Positions 12,135 to 24,917 of a stretch of DNA of 64,000 nt are shown here, piece after piece (the stretch's first letter is position 1; each line of letters starts with the position of its first letter). The DNA is from Octopus sinensis (Eukaryota), in the NCBI RefSeq assembly GCF_006345805.1, contig NW_021833295.1, positions 1 through 64,000 on the forward strand, in the 5' to 3' direction. The notes below the pieces were generated by a model. It searched no databases, had not been told where the DNA came from, and saw nothing but the letters and a program-made list of their open reading frames with translations. The translations under genes were made by a program, and so were the position numbers.

Positions 12135-14104
12135 CAGGGTTTCTCAAGTTTTTTAACGTCGGGGCCAAATCGATAATTAACCATTGTCTTCGGGGCCGCA
12201 GAATAAATTAAATTAAAACTTTCATTAACTTTTAACTAATTTTTTTTTAGATTCATTTTTTATTCAGAACCGAGATAGTTAGTCTTAATTAATTAAAGGA
12301 AAATGACTAAAACGAAAAATGTTAACTAAAACGAAAAATTGTTAGCTATTTTAACTAATTGTTAACTAATTTGTCATAACACGGAATATAGGAGGCACAT
12401 GTAGATCGCAAAAGCTGGCATAAGTGATTATCAGTCAATTTATTTCGATATTTATTTTTTATGTGAATCATTTTACTGAAAATTGACTCACATAAATAAG
12501 TGGATCCGAACATTGAAGCATATTTATAAGCATTTATGAGTATATTCGGATATTTTTCTTTGGGAAGTGAACTATAAAATTCCATTAAATTTTCAATCTT
12601 TTGCACTGAGGTAAATTGCACATCTGATTGAAGGTCTATCAATTCTAATTGGAGTGATGGCGGAGCATTCTTAGGATCTATATTGAATGGTGCTGCAAAA
12701 ATTTTCATTGATGGCAAAATTTCATCAAAATTCTTAAAATAAACTAATTTTAATAAACCTTAGAACGTTTTTCAAATTCAACAATAAGGTGACTGATAAT
12801 GGTAGTATATTTTTCAAATGAACCGTTAGCTTTATTTTCACTCAAACAAGTAAAATGAATTGTATCTTTGAGCATTATTTGATCCCTCCAAGGTATGGTA
12901 AAGCACATCATTATGCACTGTGTCAATTTCCACTAACATTTTTTTAAATCTCCTGTGATTGAGAGATTTACCGCGTATCCAATTCACAATGGACAACACC
13001 GTACTTATTACATTTTGCATTTTAAGTGACTTTGCGATTATATTCTCCTGATGAATGATACAATGTTGCCAAAATATAGGATCAAGATTTTTTTCAAGTC
13101 TCCATTCTGAATAAAGTCCATGAAACCCTTTATTACGACCAATCATATTCGCCCCCCCATCAGTACATATGGAAATTATTTTGGAAGGATCAATGTCAAA
13201 TTCTTTAATACTTTCAAGGAATTCGTTAAGTACATCCATTCCTTTTGTAGTGCCTTTTAATGAACGAAGAGAAAAAAATTCTTCAGAAATTTTAAAATCC
13301 GAAGTGACACCTCTAATGCATACGACCATTTGTTCGGTATCAGAGATATCTTTACTCGTGTCGACAGCAAAAGAATGATATAAAAAATCTTTCGATGTTC
13401 TATAAAAATTATTTTTAATAGTAAAGAACTTGATTAGCTGACGGGCAAGGTCCTCAAAAATACATTCTATTCTTCTTGTAATAGTATCATTACTTAATGG
13501 TAATCGTTTTGCAATATTTTGTATATTTGACAGACAACATTCATCACAAAAAATGGAAATAGCAGTTTTAATAATTTCTCCGTCAGAATAAGGTTTCATA
13601 TTTACAGCAAGAAGGTGGCTAATTTTATAAGACGTTAATAACTGATGCTTATTTTCCACTGGTTTAAATATTGAGGACTGATTTTTAAATGACGTCTTTA
13701 ATATATTGAGTTTTTTTTTCCTTGACTCTCCGAGATATAAATTGTATATTTCGGAGTGCTTCTTATAATGACGTTCAATAGTATAATTTTTCAATGAATT
13801 AATGACACAGTTGCATATCAAACAAACAGCTTTAACATTCAGTTCAACGAAAAAAAACTTTTCTTCCCATTCAATTTGAAATTCTCTATTTTCTTGAGAT
13901 AATGTTCGATATTTCTTTGATGGCATGAAAAAATACTCAACCTGAAATATATTTACAAACACGTGTAGTTAAAATATATCTTTAATAATATTAATTTACA
14001 ATTAATTTTATATCCAAAATTTATTTTAAAGTTTGGAAGTCGGGGCCGCAAAAAAGATTCTCGGGGCCGCATGCGGCCCCGAGGGCCGCACTTGAGAACC
14101 CCTG
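12135..14104 (-). mobile_element. hAT (Buster/SPIN/GTF2IRD2-like) element, 1970 bp, disrupted transposase
   Basis: TIRs CAGGG(T/G)TTCTCAAGT; perfect TSD GTCTAGTG (12127-12134, 14105-14112); ORFs 12838-13962 (CLIC..HY..KH, AVDTSKD, STDGGANM, HCIIHQE) and 12355-12717 (FGSTYLCESIFS); deletion after YHT. Confidence 0.92.
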
Positions 14105-14599
14105 GTCTAGTGTCTTTTTACGAAAATGCCATGGGAAGACTTGTTTAAAGAGAGGGTCAGAAATTGTTTCAAAGTTTTTAATAAATCAGATAAAAAATTT
14201 TGAAATTGATATTTTTGATCTTCTCAAAAGTAAATATTTTTTAAGCATTGAAAACACAAAAAATGAAACATGAAAATCAAAATTCTTTAAAAGATTTTGA
14301 AAATAATGAACAAGAATCTGAAAAAACAAGCCAAAATGGACTAGATTAAGTTTCTCGAATTTTTTCAGTAAAAAAGTACAAAGCGAGTATTATTCGAAAA
14401 TCATAGTGTTAATAGCCTCGCATGTACAACACTCAAAAATCAAAAAGACAATATTAGTGATTAGTAAAGAGCTGAGCTTATTAGTGCGTCTCCATCTTTC
14501 TTGAGTAATATTGTCTTCTTTTTTAATTTCCGTAATTTCAGTTTTGTCTATATTTAAGCTAAAAACAATTTCCTAAACTCTGCTGGTGCATTTTCTAGT

Positions 14600-15981
14600 A
14601 GATGTCTAATCGATTTCGACTTCCCAGATATCCCCACTTGCCAGCAGTCTACGATCGACCAAGAAGAGAGTTCAGATTATGAATTAGACGAATTAATGTA
14701 ACAAAAATCCTGTCAATCTCACTAGAGAACTATGCGATGAAATGCAGAGTAATTTAAAGCTCAAATTTGACGCTCTTCAACACAAGAAATTTATTCGAGA
14801 GTAAAATAAATTACACTATATCAGAAAACAGTCACAAATAACAGCAACTTTGACTCAAAAAAGTGATTTGGACACGACTAATGGCACATTTGAGTACGAA
14901 CATGCTGAATTGGCACTTCAGGTTGTTGTGAGTAGGTCTAATTAGAGAGATTGGATGGCTCCTTTAAGGAGTTTAAAAACGTTAATTCTGATTTGATTAA
15001 AAGGATTCCATGTGAGGATTTTATAGGTCGTTTTGAGGAGTTTTGTCGTGATGCAATCACAGTACTGAATGAAATAAACACTACCACACAAAACGTATTA
15101 TTTTAAATATTTATTTAAAAATTAAATTAAAAATAATAATAATTTAGATACAAGAAAAATTTATGTTTTTAAATGAATAAGATGAGAATGATTATGAACT
15201 GGTAAAGAACAAGTAATGGTCATATAGTAATGCTAGGTTGCCGGAGATTGTATTAAAAAATAACCAAATGAAGGAAAAATGTGTAGGTTTGGAGGCTCAA
15301 ATCAAGTTTTTGGAGCAAAATCAGGACATGACCTCAGTTCGGAGTAGTGACTTGTTGCCGAGGGAATTCTGTGATGGTATTTTGAAAAAATATTCAAAAA
15401 ACGTGGCCAATGAGCTACTGACTGAATTTGAGGGGATACTGAACAAGGAGAAGTGTGAGTATTATCGACTTGTGGACTGCCATTTGGAGAAGGTCGTCTG
15501 TCTGTCTCACTTTAGGTCATAAATATGGTCAATAGTGGGCCTAAGGCATGTCTTGAGCAGTTGATTGACGTGGTTGCAGCCAAATTTGATTTTTATGACC
15601 ACATCACAAACATCATCAGTGATTTTTCACATTTTATTATCGGAATTGACAATAATTTATTCATTTTAAATACGGTTTGTATTTTTACATTTTAACAAAT
15701 AATCATATTAAAATAATGTTTATATAGGAAAATGATATTGTCCAAGGACGTGAGAAGGTGGAGGATGAATCCTTGAAGGAAGAGAAGGTTCTAGAACATA
15801 CTAGAATGGATATGTATATTTAAGATAAAGTAAATATAGGAGCAAGACCCTTGAGCTTGTAAAGTCGGTTTTTTATGTTTCTCATGGAGATGGATTAATT
15901 CTAAAGAAATCAAGAATAAATGAAAAAGTTGAGATTATAAAGAATAAAGTCGAAAATTGTTATAATGATGTTTTTAAATGA
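14600..15981 (+). CDS. Multi-exon coiled-coil protein, possibly HAUS3/augmin subunit 3 (5' end unresolved)
   Basis: Tiny-intron-bounded exons give RLPEIVLK..EAQIKFLE, KEKCEYYR..KACLEQL and SVFYVSHGDGLIL, loosely matching HAUS3 segments from memory. Confidence 0.4.
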
Positions 15982-16412
15982 TTTTTTATCTAATAAGTTT
16001 GTTAGTAACTAAGTAGCGCAAATGAATACACTCTAAATGATAGATTTGGTATTTCCCCAAGTCATTATGACCTTCGAAGGGTTATTTATCAAAAATATAA
16101 GAGATTTGACTGAACTGAATTTGACACAATCTAATGTGGCGAAATATCGTGTTTTAAACTTGCTGATATAAAGACTGGTGGAACTAGTCATGCTCAGACT
16201 GATCATTCAAATAAAGGAAAATGCTCCAAATGATATTTAAGGAATCCTTAGAATATGACAACCACCGTCGATATCACTCATATTGGCTGGGAAAATCGTT
16301 TTTCGGACAGAACCTGGTTATCAATCAAGCCTCCCAGTCGATACAAGACACCGCAGAATTGGAACTTTGTAGTTGTTTTATGAATGCTTCTCATGTCTAT
16401 ACCATTTCCCAT

Positions 16413-16496
16413 ACTAAATGGGATTAACACCGAACTAAGTGAGATTAATGCCAAACAATATAGGAGTAATAACAAACTAAATGGGATTAACACCAA
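16413..16496. repeat. 21-bp minisatellite, 4 degenerate units
   Basis: actaaatgggattaacaccga / actaagtgagattaatgccaa / acaatataggagtaataacaa / actaaatgggattaacaccaa. Confidence 0.75.
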
Positions 16497-16636
16497 AAAA
16501 AATTTTGTTCAAAATTTAATGTTAATCATATTTAGTGTGTCAGCAATATTTCCCTGTATTCCAGAAATAAACCTTACACAATCTTTAGATGTAATTGTTG
16601 TTATTCTATCTACAATTATTTTTCAAGTATCCGTGT

Positions 16637-16900
16637 TCAATACTCTATAATTGACAAACCTTCTTCTTGTTGGAATAAAATTTTGTCTCTTTTTACGGGA
16701 GCTTTTACTTTTGACCATACATTTTCGATGTGTTTAAGCATTGGACTGTACGGACCGAGACGAAGAATATAAAAATCATTAAATTCTTCCAATTTAAGAA
16801 CTTCCGTGATACAACTTTGAGCTGGTGCATTGTCAAACACAATAATAACTGAAGTTTTTAGAATAAACTATAATCTGCGGTATGTCTGTCGAATGAAACC
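16637..16900 (-). mobile_element. Tc1/IS630-type DDE transposase remnant
   Basis: FDNAPAQ..LRLGPYSPMLKHIENVWSKVK matches the DNAPxH..PYSPxLNPIENxW motif. Confidence 0.7.
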
Positions 16901-18011
16901 TGCAAATGATTTGTATTATAGATTTCTTTTTTTATTATAGCCTGAAATTAATTTCTCCCAACAACTATAAAGGTACCAAATTTTAATAAAAACATATTCA
17001 AACACGAACAGGCGGTGAGTAGTAGACAGGGATCTATCCAATGTTCGGAGTGCAGCAACAAGTAGTGTCAACCCAACATGATCATCTCTGGCTCTAAAAA
17101 CTGACAGCCTGAACTAATCAAGTTTTGGTACAACAATTGAGAATTTAAAAACAAATTTGAAATTAATCTCATCAAAGCTTTTGAGACAAGAAAAACTCAT
17201 TGAAGTGCTAATTCTTAGACAAGGAGTCGGTATTCTAATAACAATTTCTCTATCAAACATTCATATACGTATTGGAAACTGTGTGTCGCAGGAATTTGTG
17301 ACAGGAGCGATCTCAAGGCCAGTACTGTTATATCTCTAATTGGCATTTTAGGATATGTATTACATCAATGATATTTTGAAATTCGCTTTAGACTGTAAAA
17401 AGCTTTAGTAAAACCCATCCTTGTATAAGGAATGTCAAAAATGAATGGACAGAGGCTTAACTCCTTTTAAAGAAAGAACCTTTCTAAGTAGCCTATGCAT
17501 GTAAGGAGTGAAGCATTGTATAAAGGATGTTCCTCTAAGTACCCTGATAATTAAAATGCGCTGCAAGTTGTTTGGATAAATTCTAAAAAGGATATCGAAA
17601 ATTCCAAATTCACCAGGAAGATTTCATTATTGTTGATTTAAAAAGTCATAAATTACTCATTCCCTCATTTCAGATTGAGCAATTAGAGTAAGGACTGAAT
17701 GCTATAAAAATAGAAGCAATCTCAAAACAGTAATTCATAGATTTGTGACAACGATTTTGTAATAATCAAATGCATATTTTTTAAAATCATTAATATCGAT
17801 TGTGAAAACAGAAAGAGTAAGTAACTCAAAAAATGTATATTTTAATACCCCTTTTAGAGTTAATATCTTATTAGGGGAAATGTTCCCTCAATCAATGAAA
17901 TGAGACCAGCTCTATGAAAGGGACTAAAAAAGCGAACAGACGCTTTGAAAAAGTCCGGCGACCTTAAATAAAACAATATTAGAAAATTATGGCTAGTTTT
18001 ATTAAACAAAG

Positions 18012-19333
18012 TCAAATAGCAGGAAGCGCGAATCCATCGTAGGCACTGGTAGTCCAAATAGAAGAAATATCCGGGAAAACAATTTCCTCTGCCTGCACAG
18101 CGCCCGATTCGAGATTTCCTGGCTGAGGCATTGATTCCGATTCGGAAACAGCACGATATCTAAACCTCCTGGGAAAGTGATCACATCATTGAACTCTCCA
18201 TGCGGTACCTCTGGCTGTGGCGTTCAATCAGCACATTGAAACGCTGAGCATATTCCATCCACTCCCGCACGTCCGAAAGAGCCACTTTGAACTCTAATCA
18301 ACTTAGACAAGGACAAACTTTCCGTGGCCATTTTGTCCGCACATTTGGCTTCCGCTGGTTTTTCCTGACTCAGCAAATCAATTGTGAAATACGAATAGGC
18401 CTGTGTTGTAGCAGACACGACTAACCAAAGAGGAGTACAAAACACACTTCCAGTCGTAGTACTTCTTCAGTCTTTGGTTTTTGGACTTTTCAAGAACAGA
18501 ACCGCCCAGAGTGGCTGAAAATGAGAACATCAACCCAAACAGCAAGTCTCGAACATCCTCGCAGTGTGCCAGGCAATACGAGATATAAGACCAGGACTAT
18601 GTTTCAGTCGAATAGCTCTTTCCAGCACAACTGAAAGGGTAGAAGAAGACTACTACTTTCCTGGCACTGTCCCAATGCCTGATGGAGATACATATCGATG
18701 ACCATGTGACTGGAATCGCACGTGAGAGAGGGCACTGATGTATTGATGGTCTCCAATATTTCAAAACATAATACTTTCGAGAATACGAATATTCCCGAAG
18801 ACTTTCTAAGAAGGTTGAAGGCGGACTTGAGAATATGCTCGACTGATGGACTGGGAGTGAGAGGACAGGTCTACTCGTAGGATTTCAGATGGCAGAGAAG
18901 CAGACAGGCAGCATTGATGTACCACAAACCAACATTGACACTCATTTGGACAAATTCGAATGCACTATCAGTCATTTCTCTGCTTATAAATGAACATGCT
19001 AACATGGGAGACTCCCCGACCAATGACTGACTCCATTTGAAGGGAATAGAACTGATCAGTTTGCTGTTGGGGACTGACGATGGGCGGTCGGGGTCGAATA
19101 TAAATCCGTAGAGGAATCCAAGGTACTCTTTGAAGGTCCTGAAAATGTCCTCGGGGTCACTTTTTGTTGTGGAAAGGAGATTGAGTAACTTTTTACGGGT
19201 GATTCGGAGATTACTGAAGTAAGGAAGGGGATTACTTGATTATTAACTGGGAGGGCGGGTTGTGTGTTGATGTGAACATGTCGAAAGGCTGTTTTGAACT
19301 TTCTTTCATTCTGTGGCGATAAAAACAAAACAT
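18012..19333 (-). CDS. BROX: BRO1-domain protein, BROX-like
   Basis: Hand-spliced: FYRHRMK, RKKLLNLL, KLISSIPFKWSQSL, FEFVQMSVNVGLWY, VLERAIRLKHSPGLI, FPDISSIWT, matching BROX in order. Confidence 0.8.
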
Positions 19334-19490
19334 CAAATCAAATATTAATTCAATTAAATATATTAATTAATTTATATAAAAATAAATATTAATTAGTCCA
19401 TCGTTGCGTCATGTGGTCACCTAATGGAACCAATAAGAAGGGACTACAGGAGGCAAGAGAGAGTAAACTAAGGGGGAGAAATAGCTCAGA

Positions 19491-19841
19491 TTAATAGTTA
19501 TTTAGTCCAATAAGGTCGTCTACGTCGTCAAACATCCAGTTGGTCTCGTTGATGTAAACCAAATACTTTTCGAGATGTTGCATTGAGGCCTTATGTTTCG
19601 CTAATGTTACTTTGTCCACAAAAAACCAATTTCAAACCGAGAAGAGAAGACAGAGGACTCATAAGAGCAATATTTGTGAGTGTTCAATGCTTGTAATAAA
19701 TATAAATACACAAACGTTCGACCACATCGACCGGAGAAGTGGAGATGAGGTGATATCTGTCCTTCTCGTTTGTGCGCGGAGAGTCGTCCTGGGAGGAAAA
19801 GTCTTTGTTATCAAAGCACACAAACCTAACACACGAGCCAT
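19491..19841 (-). CDS. Small protein resembling ANAPC16 (needs a one-base homopolymer correction)
   Basis: ESSVFSSRF..HLEKYLVYINETNWMFDDVDDLIG resembles the ANAPC16 C-terminus; the frame joins only if the A6 run at 19620-19625 is A7; start uncertain. Confidence 0.5.
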
Positions 19842-19945
19842 ATAATTCAAATTGACATTTTATTTATTCCAATTAATTTAAATTAAAATTGAGAAAATAA
19901 AGATTATTAAAATGTATATTGAATAATTTTGTGCCTTGATTAGTT

Positions 19946-20648
19946 ATGGACTTGATTAAGTGTGTAGTAGTTGGCGACAGGTGATTGTAGTTCGGACATG
20001 TTGTAGTTCTGTGGGAAAGACCAGTCTCATCACTGCCTACACGTCCGAGTCCACTTTATCAAAAACCGTGGCTGCCGTGTATCCAATTCTACGACATTGC
20101 AGACTCAATTCCTACAGTGTCCAGATGATGAACACTCAGGAAAAGGACGGAGTGGTCGTCCATCTTGACTTGTGGGACACTCCGGGGAAACCAGACTACG
20201 ACCGACTCCGCGCACTCGCCTACCCAAAGACTGTTATACTGGATTGGTTATTACTAGGATATTTTTATTATTTGTTTTTCTGTCGTCAATCCTCAGACTT
20301 TTCGAAACATTGAGTCCAAGGTGTTGTTTGTTGAGAGGTTTAGTGGATTCCGGAAATAAATGTCCACTGCCTGAATCCTACTTTTATGATTGTTGCAACA
20401 AAAGTCGACCTGCGAGACGACCAGGACACACTCGACATTCTTAAATTGCAAAATCAAGTCCCCGTCCCTCAAAAGAACGGCCAAGAATTAGCAAAGCGCA
20501 TTGGTACTACTTTTAAACAACAAATGCAGGAGCAGCAAAATACTTGGAGTGTTCTTCCTTTATGAAGTACAATGTCAAGGATGTTTTCTATCAAGCAACC
20601 ACTATTGTTTTGAGCAAGGCAAAAAAACAGTCCTGCATTGTAGTTTGA
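19946..20648 (+). CDS. Atypical Rho-family GTPase (Rac/Cdc42-related) with CAAX
   Basis: Five introns of 23-26 nt; IKCVVVGDSSVGKT, LWDTPGKPDYDRLRALAYP, KWIPEI, TKVDLR, YLECSS, C-terminal CIVV. Confidence 0.9.
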
Positions 20649-20969
20649 CATTAAAAAACTAATTTTACACTGTTTTATTCTCTCGCGACAGTAATTAAGT
20701 CTATACCCACAAGGGAAATTTTTGGGTATAATCCTGGATATTTTGGTAAGGAATTTGTTAAGAGGGGAAGTTGTTTTCACTATTTTATTCAACTAATAAA
20801 TTACTTTTTTAATAGTACTTTGCTGCTCAGCCACTAGCGCCATTTTGGAGTTGTTTCGTTTATTCTTGCTATTTTTATTTTTCATCAAATGAGTTATTTG
20901 AGGCAGAAAACAAATCTAACTTTTTTTGAAAGTCCAAATATTTCCTGAAAAATAGACATTTATCACAAT

Positions 20970-21106
20970 GGTCATCTCAATCTTGAGACAACTGCAATTC
21001 ATGACTAGAATTTTATATGTGTGCAATTTTTCTACTTCCACTAATTTTACATTATCGATTGAAGTAACACCTACTTCCACATTGAATTGGCTTATTTTTC
21101 GTAAAG
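20970..21106 (-). mobile_element. RLE-type LINE endonuclease fragment at the edge of duplication copy B
   Basis: VEVGVTSIDNVKLVEVEKLHTYKIL parallels IEVGITS..VEVEKFHKYDL in the other copies. Confidence 0.65.
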
Positions 21107-21367
21107 GATTTTTGCTTTTATGTCCTAGAAGGCAGCCTCGAGGTATATAACAAATAAGAGCCTGTAAGTCATCATTCTAATCTCGTCGCCTCTTGGCTTA
21201 TTTTTGTTTCTTGTCAAATGAGTTAGTAAAAAGTGGAATTAAAGCAAATCTAACTTTCAGATATTTTTAGTCAAAACAGTTAAATTCAGTCTATTCAATG
21301 TATTAATGTTAATTTTGTTTATTCAAAAACAACAATTGTTAAATGATTATATTCGATACTGGAGTAG

Positions 21368-21677
21368 CTAAGAGTCGTTTGAAATGAGATCGAGGAATTC
21401 TGTTGAATGAAAATTAAATTGCACCTTTAAAATTGATATTTCCATCGCTATCCTGGTCGCAAGATTTAATTAGATTTCGACATTCTTCTTCTGTACAGCA
21501 GACACCCGCAAGATTAAAAACTTTGCTGAGTTCTCTGGCGTTTATTTTCCCGTTGCTGTCCAAGTCCAATTGGTCAAAACATTTTTTGACATCTAACAAA
21601 ATGACTGGAAAAAAACTCTCGAGATCGGTTGAAATGAACTTTCTCGACTATTAGACATTAACCAAATACAAAACCAT
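21368..21677 (-). CDS. 77-aa two-EF-hand protein, copy B
   Basis: Same exon structure and same visible protein sequence as copy A. Confidence 0.85.
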
Positions 21678-21903
21678 TAAAAGATGACCGAAATATTTGA
21701 CATTCTCTTTTATTCATGCAGAAGGTCTGAACAATGTATATTTCACTTATGAATTGACTTTATTTAAATAAAAATACACGTTTATATACAATGACGCAGA
21801 GATTCATTGGTTGTGAATCATCTCGCTGAAACTAAGAGTGCTTAGAGCAAATGCGAATGAATGAACAAAGACTCGAAAACGTTCCAAATGATGAGAGCAG
21901 TGA

Positions 21904-22827
21904 CTATATTTTGCTAACTAAAACGAGAAAAGCAACTCCAGCCAAGGCAGAAAGCAATATTTGGAAAGTGTGTCGCATTCCCCCGACTTGGTGGGAGCCC
22001 TTTGTGAGCGGCCCGAGCATGTTTACAGTGCCGATGTATATGAACCCCCCGGTGCAGAAGGGAATCAAAACACTCTCAATACGCGAACTCAAATTGCCTA
22101 AAACAAATGACAGGATGACGCCAAAAATGAAGCCCAGTGCCGTGACGAACTGGAGGAGTATTGCCTATCATAAGACATGGAAACAAGCCTGCTTTTTGGT
22201 GCAATTGGCGTTGATTAGACTGACAAAGTCCCCAATCTCGTTGGGAAATTCGTGGCACAGAATAGAAAATGACGAACTCAGTCCGAGAGATGTGCTGTGC
22301 ATAAACGACGCGCCGATGATCAGCCCGTCAGTGATGTTGTGCACAAAATCCCCTACGAGGTTGACGAATCCTTGCGCCTTCATTGAAACCTGCTCTTTCG
22401 CACTGTGCTCTGCGTCACTTTTCTCTTTCGTTCTGCGACGAATGGTTGTCGACTCCGTGACAATCGGCTCCGAAGGTTCCTCTGGGGCGTCGGTCGGGGA
22501 TGCTTTGAGAGTCAAATTGAGGACTCTTTCCAAAGCAAAAAAGCCATAGAGTCCCACTAAAATGAAATATCCGTTGTTGGCTGTGTTGGCGGTGATGAAT
22601 ATTTCAGGCATCAAGTGGAAAAATACGTCCGAGAGCAACCCCCCGGAAGCAAAGGCGAGCAGAATCTACGAGTTGGACATTATCCATGTCACCTCCAAGG
22701 ACCCGTCCCAGTTACTTTTGTTTACGCTCACGAAAATGAGGAGAAGTGCAGGCAAAATGCCGACTGTGATTGCTGCGAGAATTGCCTGGACAATCGGGAA
22801 GTCGAGAAGGAGGTGGAGAGTGACCAT
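21904..22827 (-). CDS. LIV-1/ZIP zinc transporter, copy B
   Basis: Intact; 7 amino-acid differences from copy A seen; same GC-AG intron (22165-22188). Confidence 0.9.
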
Positions 22828-23129
22828 TGTAGACTGACTGTTGAAAATTAAATTCTGCACTTTTCTACGATTATATATCTTTTTGAGAATCAATAAAATA
22901 ATTTAAATCAGCTCATTAGTGTTTGGGAGTTGTCGTAGAATGAATCAAATTAAAATTATTCAATCGCAATTATTTCTTGAATGGCTGATAATTATTAATT
23001 TACTTCTACCCCCGATAAATCGTCTCTTTACACACTCATTGACATATCTTGTTCAAAAATTCAAATTTCTTGTACTTCACCACTCTTAGATCATTTAATT
23101 TACTATTTGATCATATTACTCGCAGTATT

Positions 23130-24015
23130 GAAATTAGATTCACAATTCTCAATTCTCTATAAAAATTCTAAGGAAGATTTCGTGAAGGTTGAAGATTTCA
23201 GTCACTGGCTAGCCAGAGGCAATAATTCTCCACGGTCAGAAGGCTTGTTCTGTCTTCTACAGGATAGAAATTTATTCTTTGCAGACCACAATTTAATGTG
23301 CCCACACTGTATGAAATGGAAGAAGACTGTCGACCACTGTGCTACCAGATGTGAAAAGATGCTGCATGGGGACTATGTTAGAAGGCATAATGAAGTAGTT
23401 AGGTGTATTCATTTCCATTTATGTCGCGAATACGGACTCAAGAATGAGAAGAAGCTGAAAACTCACTCTGTACAAACTGTGTCTGTTAATGAGTTTGTCG
23501 AAATTAAAGTGGACACCTTCATTAAAACAGACATAATACTAGAACATAACAAGCCCGATTTGTTTGTCTTTGACAAGAAGAACAACCGGATATTCCTGAT
23601 TGAGGTTGGGATAACATCTGCCCCAAACCTACAACAAGTGGAGATAGAAAAACTTAGAAAGTATGACCTTCTATCAAAGGAACTGGAGTTGATATATCAT
23701 GCCAATGTGAAAATAGTACCGATTGTATTAACTTGGGACGGACTTGTCACTTCAAAATTCCAACAATATGCACAATCGTTGAACATCAATGAGAGAACAC
23801 ATGCGTATATACAATCACTCACTATCAAAAAAACCCTTGAGAGCATGATTGTTTCCTATAGGAACAGAATCGAGCCATGCCAAAGGACTCTCGAACTGGA
23901 CAAAAGAATAAAAGCTATTTATCGACAAATAGATATGACCATAACTTCGCCACTGGCTGTCAGCACTTCCCAAGGAAAGAGGCTGGCATCCTTACCTGAG
24001 GGAATATCAGAATAG
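23130..24015 (+). mobile_element. 3' part of an RLE-type LINE (CCHC knuckle plus restriction-like endonuclease)
   Basis: Open ORF: CPHCMKWKKTVDHCATRC, DYVRRHNEVVRCIH, NKPDLFVFDKK..IEVGITS..EKLRKYDLL, VPIVLTWDG. Confidence 0.88.
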
Positions 24016-24299
24016 AGGAAGTAATGAACAGATTGAGAAAATTATACTTTAATTAATACTTAGTATAATTTTTTGACATTTTTACGTCATGAAATCTATT
24101 AGAAAACAAAAAAAAGATTCAAAATTTGTTAGTATAATTTAAATTATTTGGTAATCATGTACATTTAAACCTCTCTATATTGCAACGAAAAAAAAACCAA
24201 ATATTTCATGCAATCATATAACTTCTAACGCACTAGCAATAACCCTAACTAATTTTAAGAAGGTCTTTTTTTAGTAAGGTCTTCTTTTATGTCTTCTTC

Positions 24300-24760
24300 A
24301 TCACTGTCATTGATTCTTCGAAATGTAGACAATATTTGGTCTTCTTCAACATGACAGTATGTTTTAGCATTACCGTCCACCGAAATCAGTTGATTCAATA
24401 GATTTTGATCAACAATTTTTTTTCTCGAATTTTCAGTGTTATAAGTTTCGACAGTACAAATCTTGGCTTGCCTCAGCAGTTTTTAATTGTTTCTTCTTTT
24501 ACGCTGTCCAATGATTTTCCAACAAAACGTATTGAATCATCCAACCCATACGCCAACTGTTACTTGTTTCAAGTTGGTTAATAATATGTTTTAGCTGTAG
24601 TTTTCGGTAAAGTGCCTTAAAACTATGTATTTTTCCGGAATCCAATGGTTGTAAGTCACTTGTTGTTGGAGGCAAAAAGTGCACTTCAATATTGGATAAC
24701 GTCTGAATAATGTGCAAGACCTAATTGTTAGTTTAGTATTTGCAACACAAATTTAATAGA
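24300..24760 (-). mobile_element. pogo/Tigger-type DDE_1 remnant
   Basis: LSNIEVHFLPPTTSDLQPLDSGKIHSFKALYRK is the canonical FLPPNTTSxLQPxDxGxI motif. Confidence 0.75.
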
Positions 24761-24917
24761 ATAAGTTCACATTTGTAGTAAATCGAAATTTTTTTACAAA
24801 AAGCAACATAAAACAACTGTAAATGTACAAAAACTAGTCAAGAAACGAACTGTTGGACTGTACGGATGACATTGTAACATTTCTGGTGTCGTTCATACTA
24901 CATGGAATAACACACAC

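Larger units (their letters stand above)
10560..14400 (+). mobile_element. Decayed pogo/Tigger-type (DDE_1) transposase remnant interrupted by two hAT insertions
   Basis: At about 11900-12080 it reads LLIDNWPAHY..LEYMKIFF..PMDIGIIKSSK and resumes after 14112 as WEDLFKERVRNCFK; outer limits approximate. Confidence 0.6.
21107..23122. repeat. Inverted segmental duplication, copy B (copy A 4974-6984)
   Basis: Reverse complement of copy A with scattered substitutions and small indels. Confidence 0.95.

Noticed and set aside
16413-16496. 21-bp repeats as a CRISPR-like array
   Set aside because: Four abutting degenerate units with no spacers and no cas genes in a eukaryotic context; an ordinary minisatellite.
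21851-22549. 232-aa plus-strand ORF and similar long antisense ORFs (e.g. 26684-27226, 53581-54069, 58572-59159)
   Set aside because: They are shadows of real genes on the opposite strand, with no recognisable motifs.
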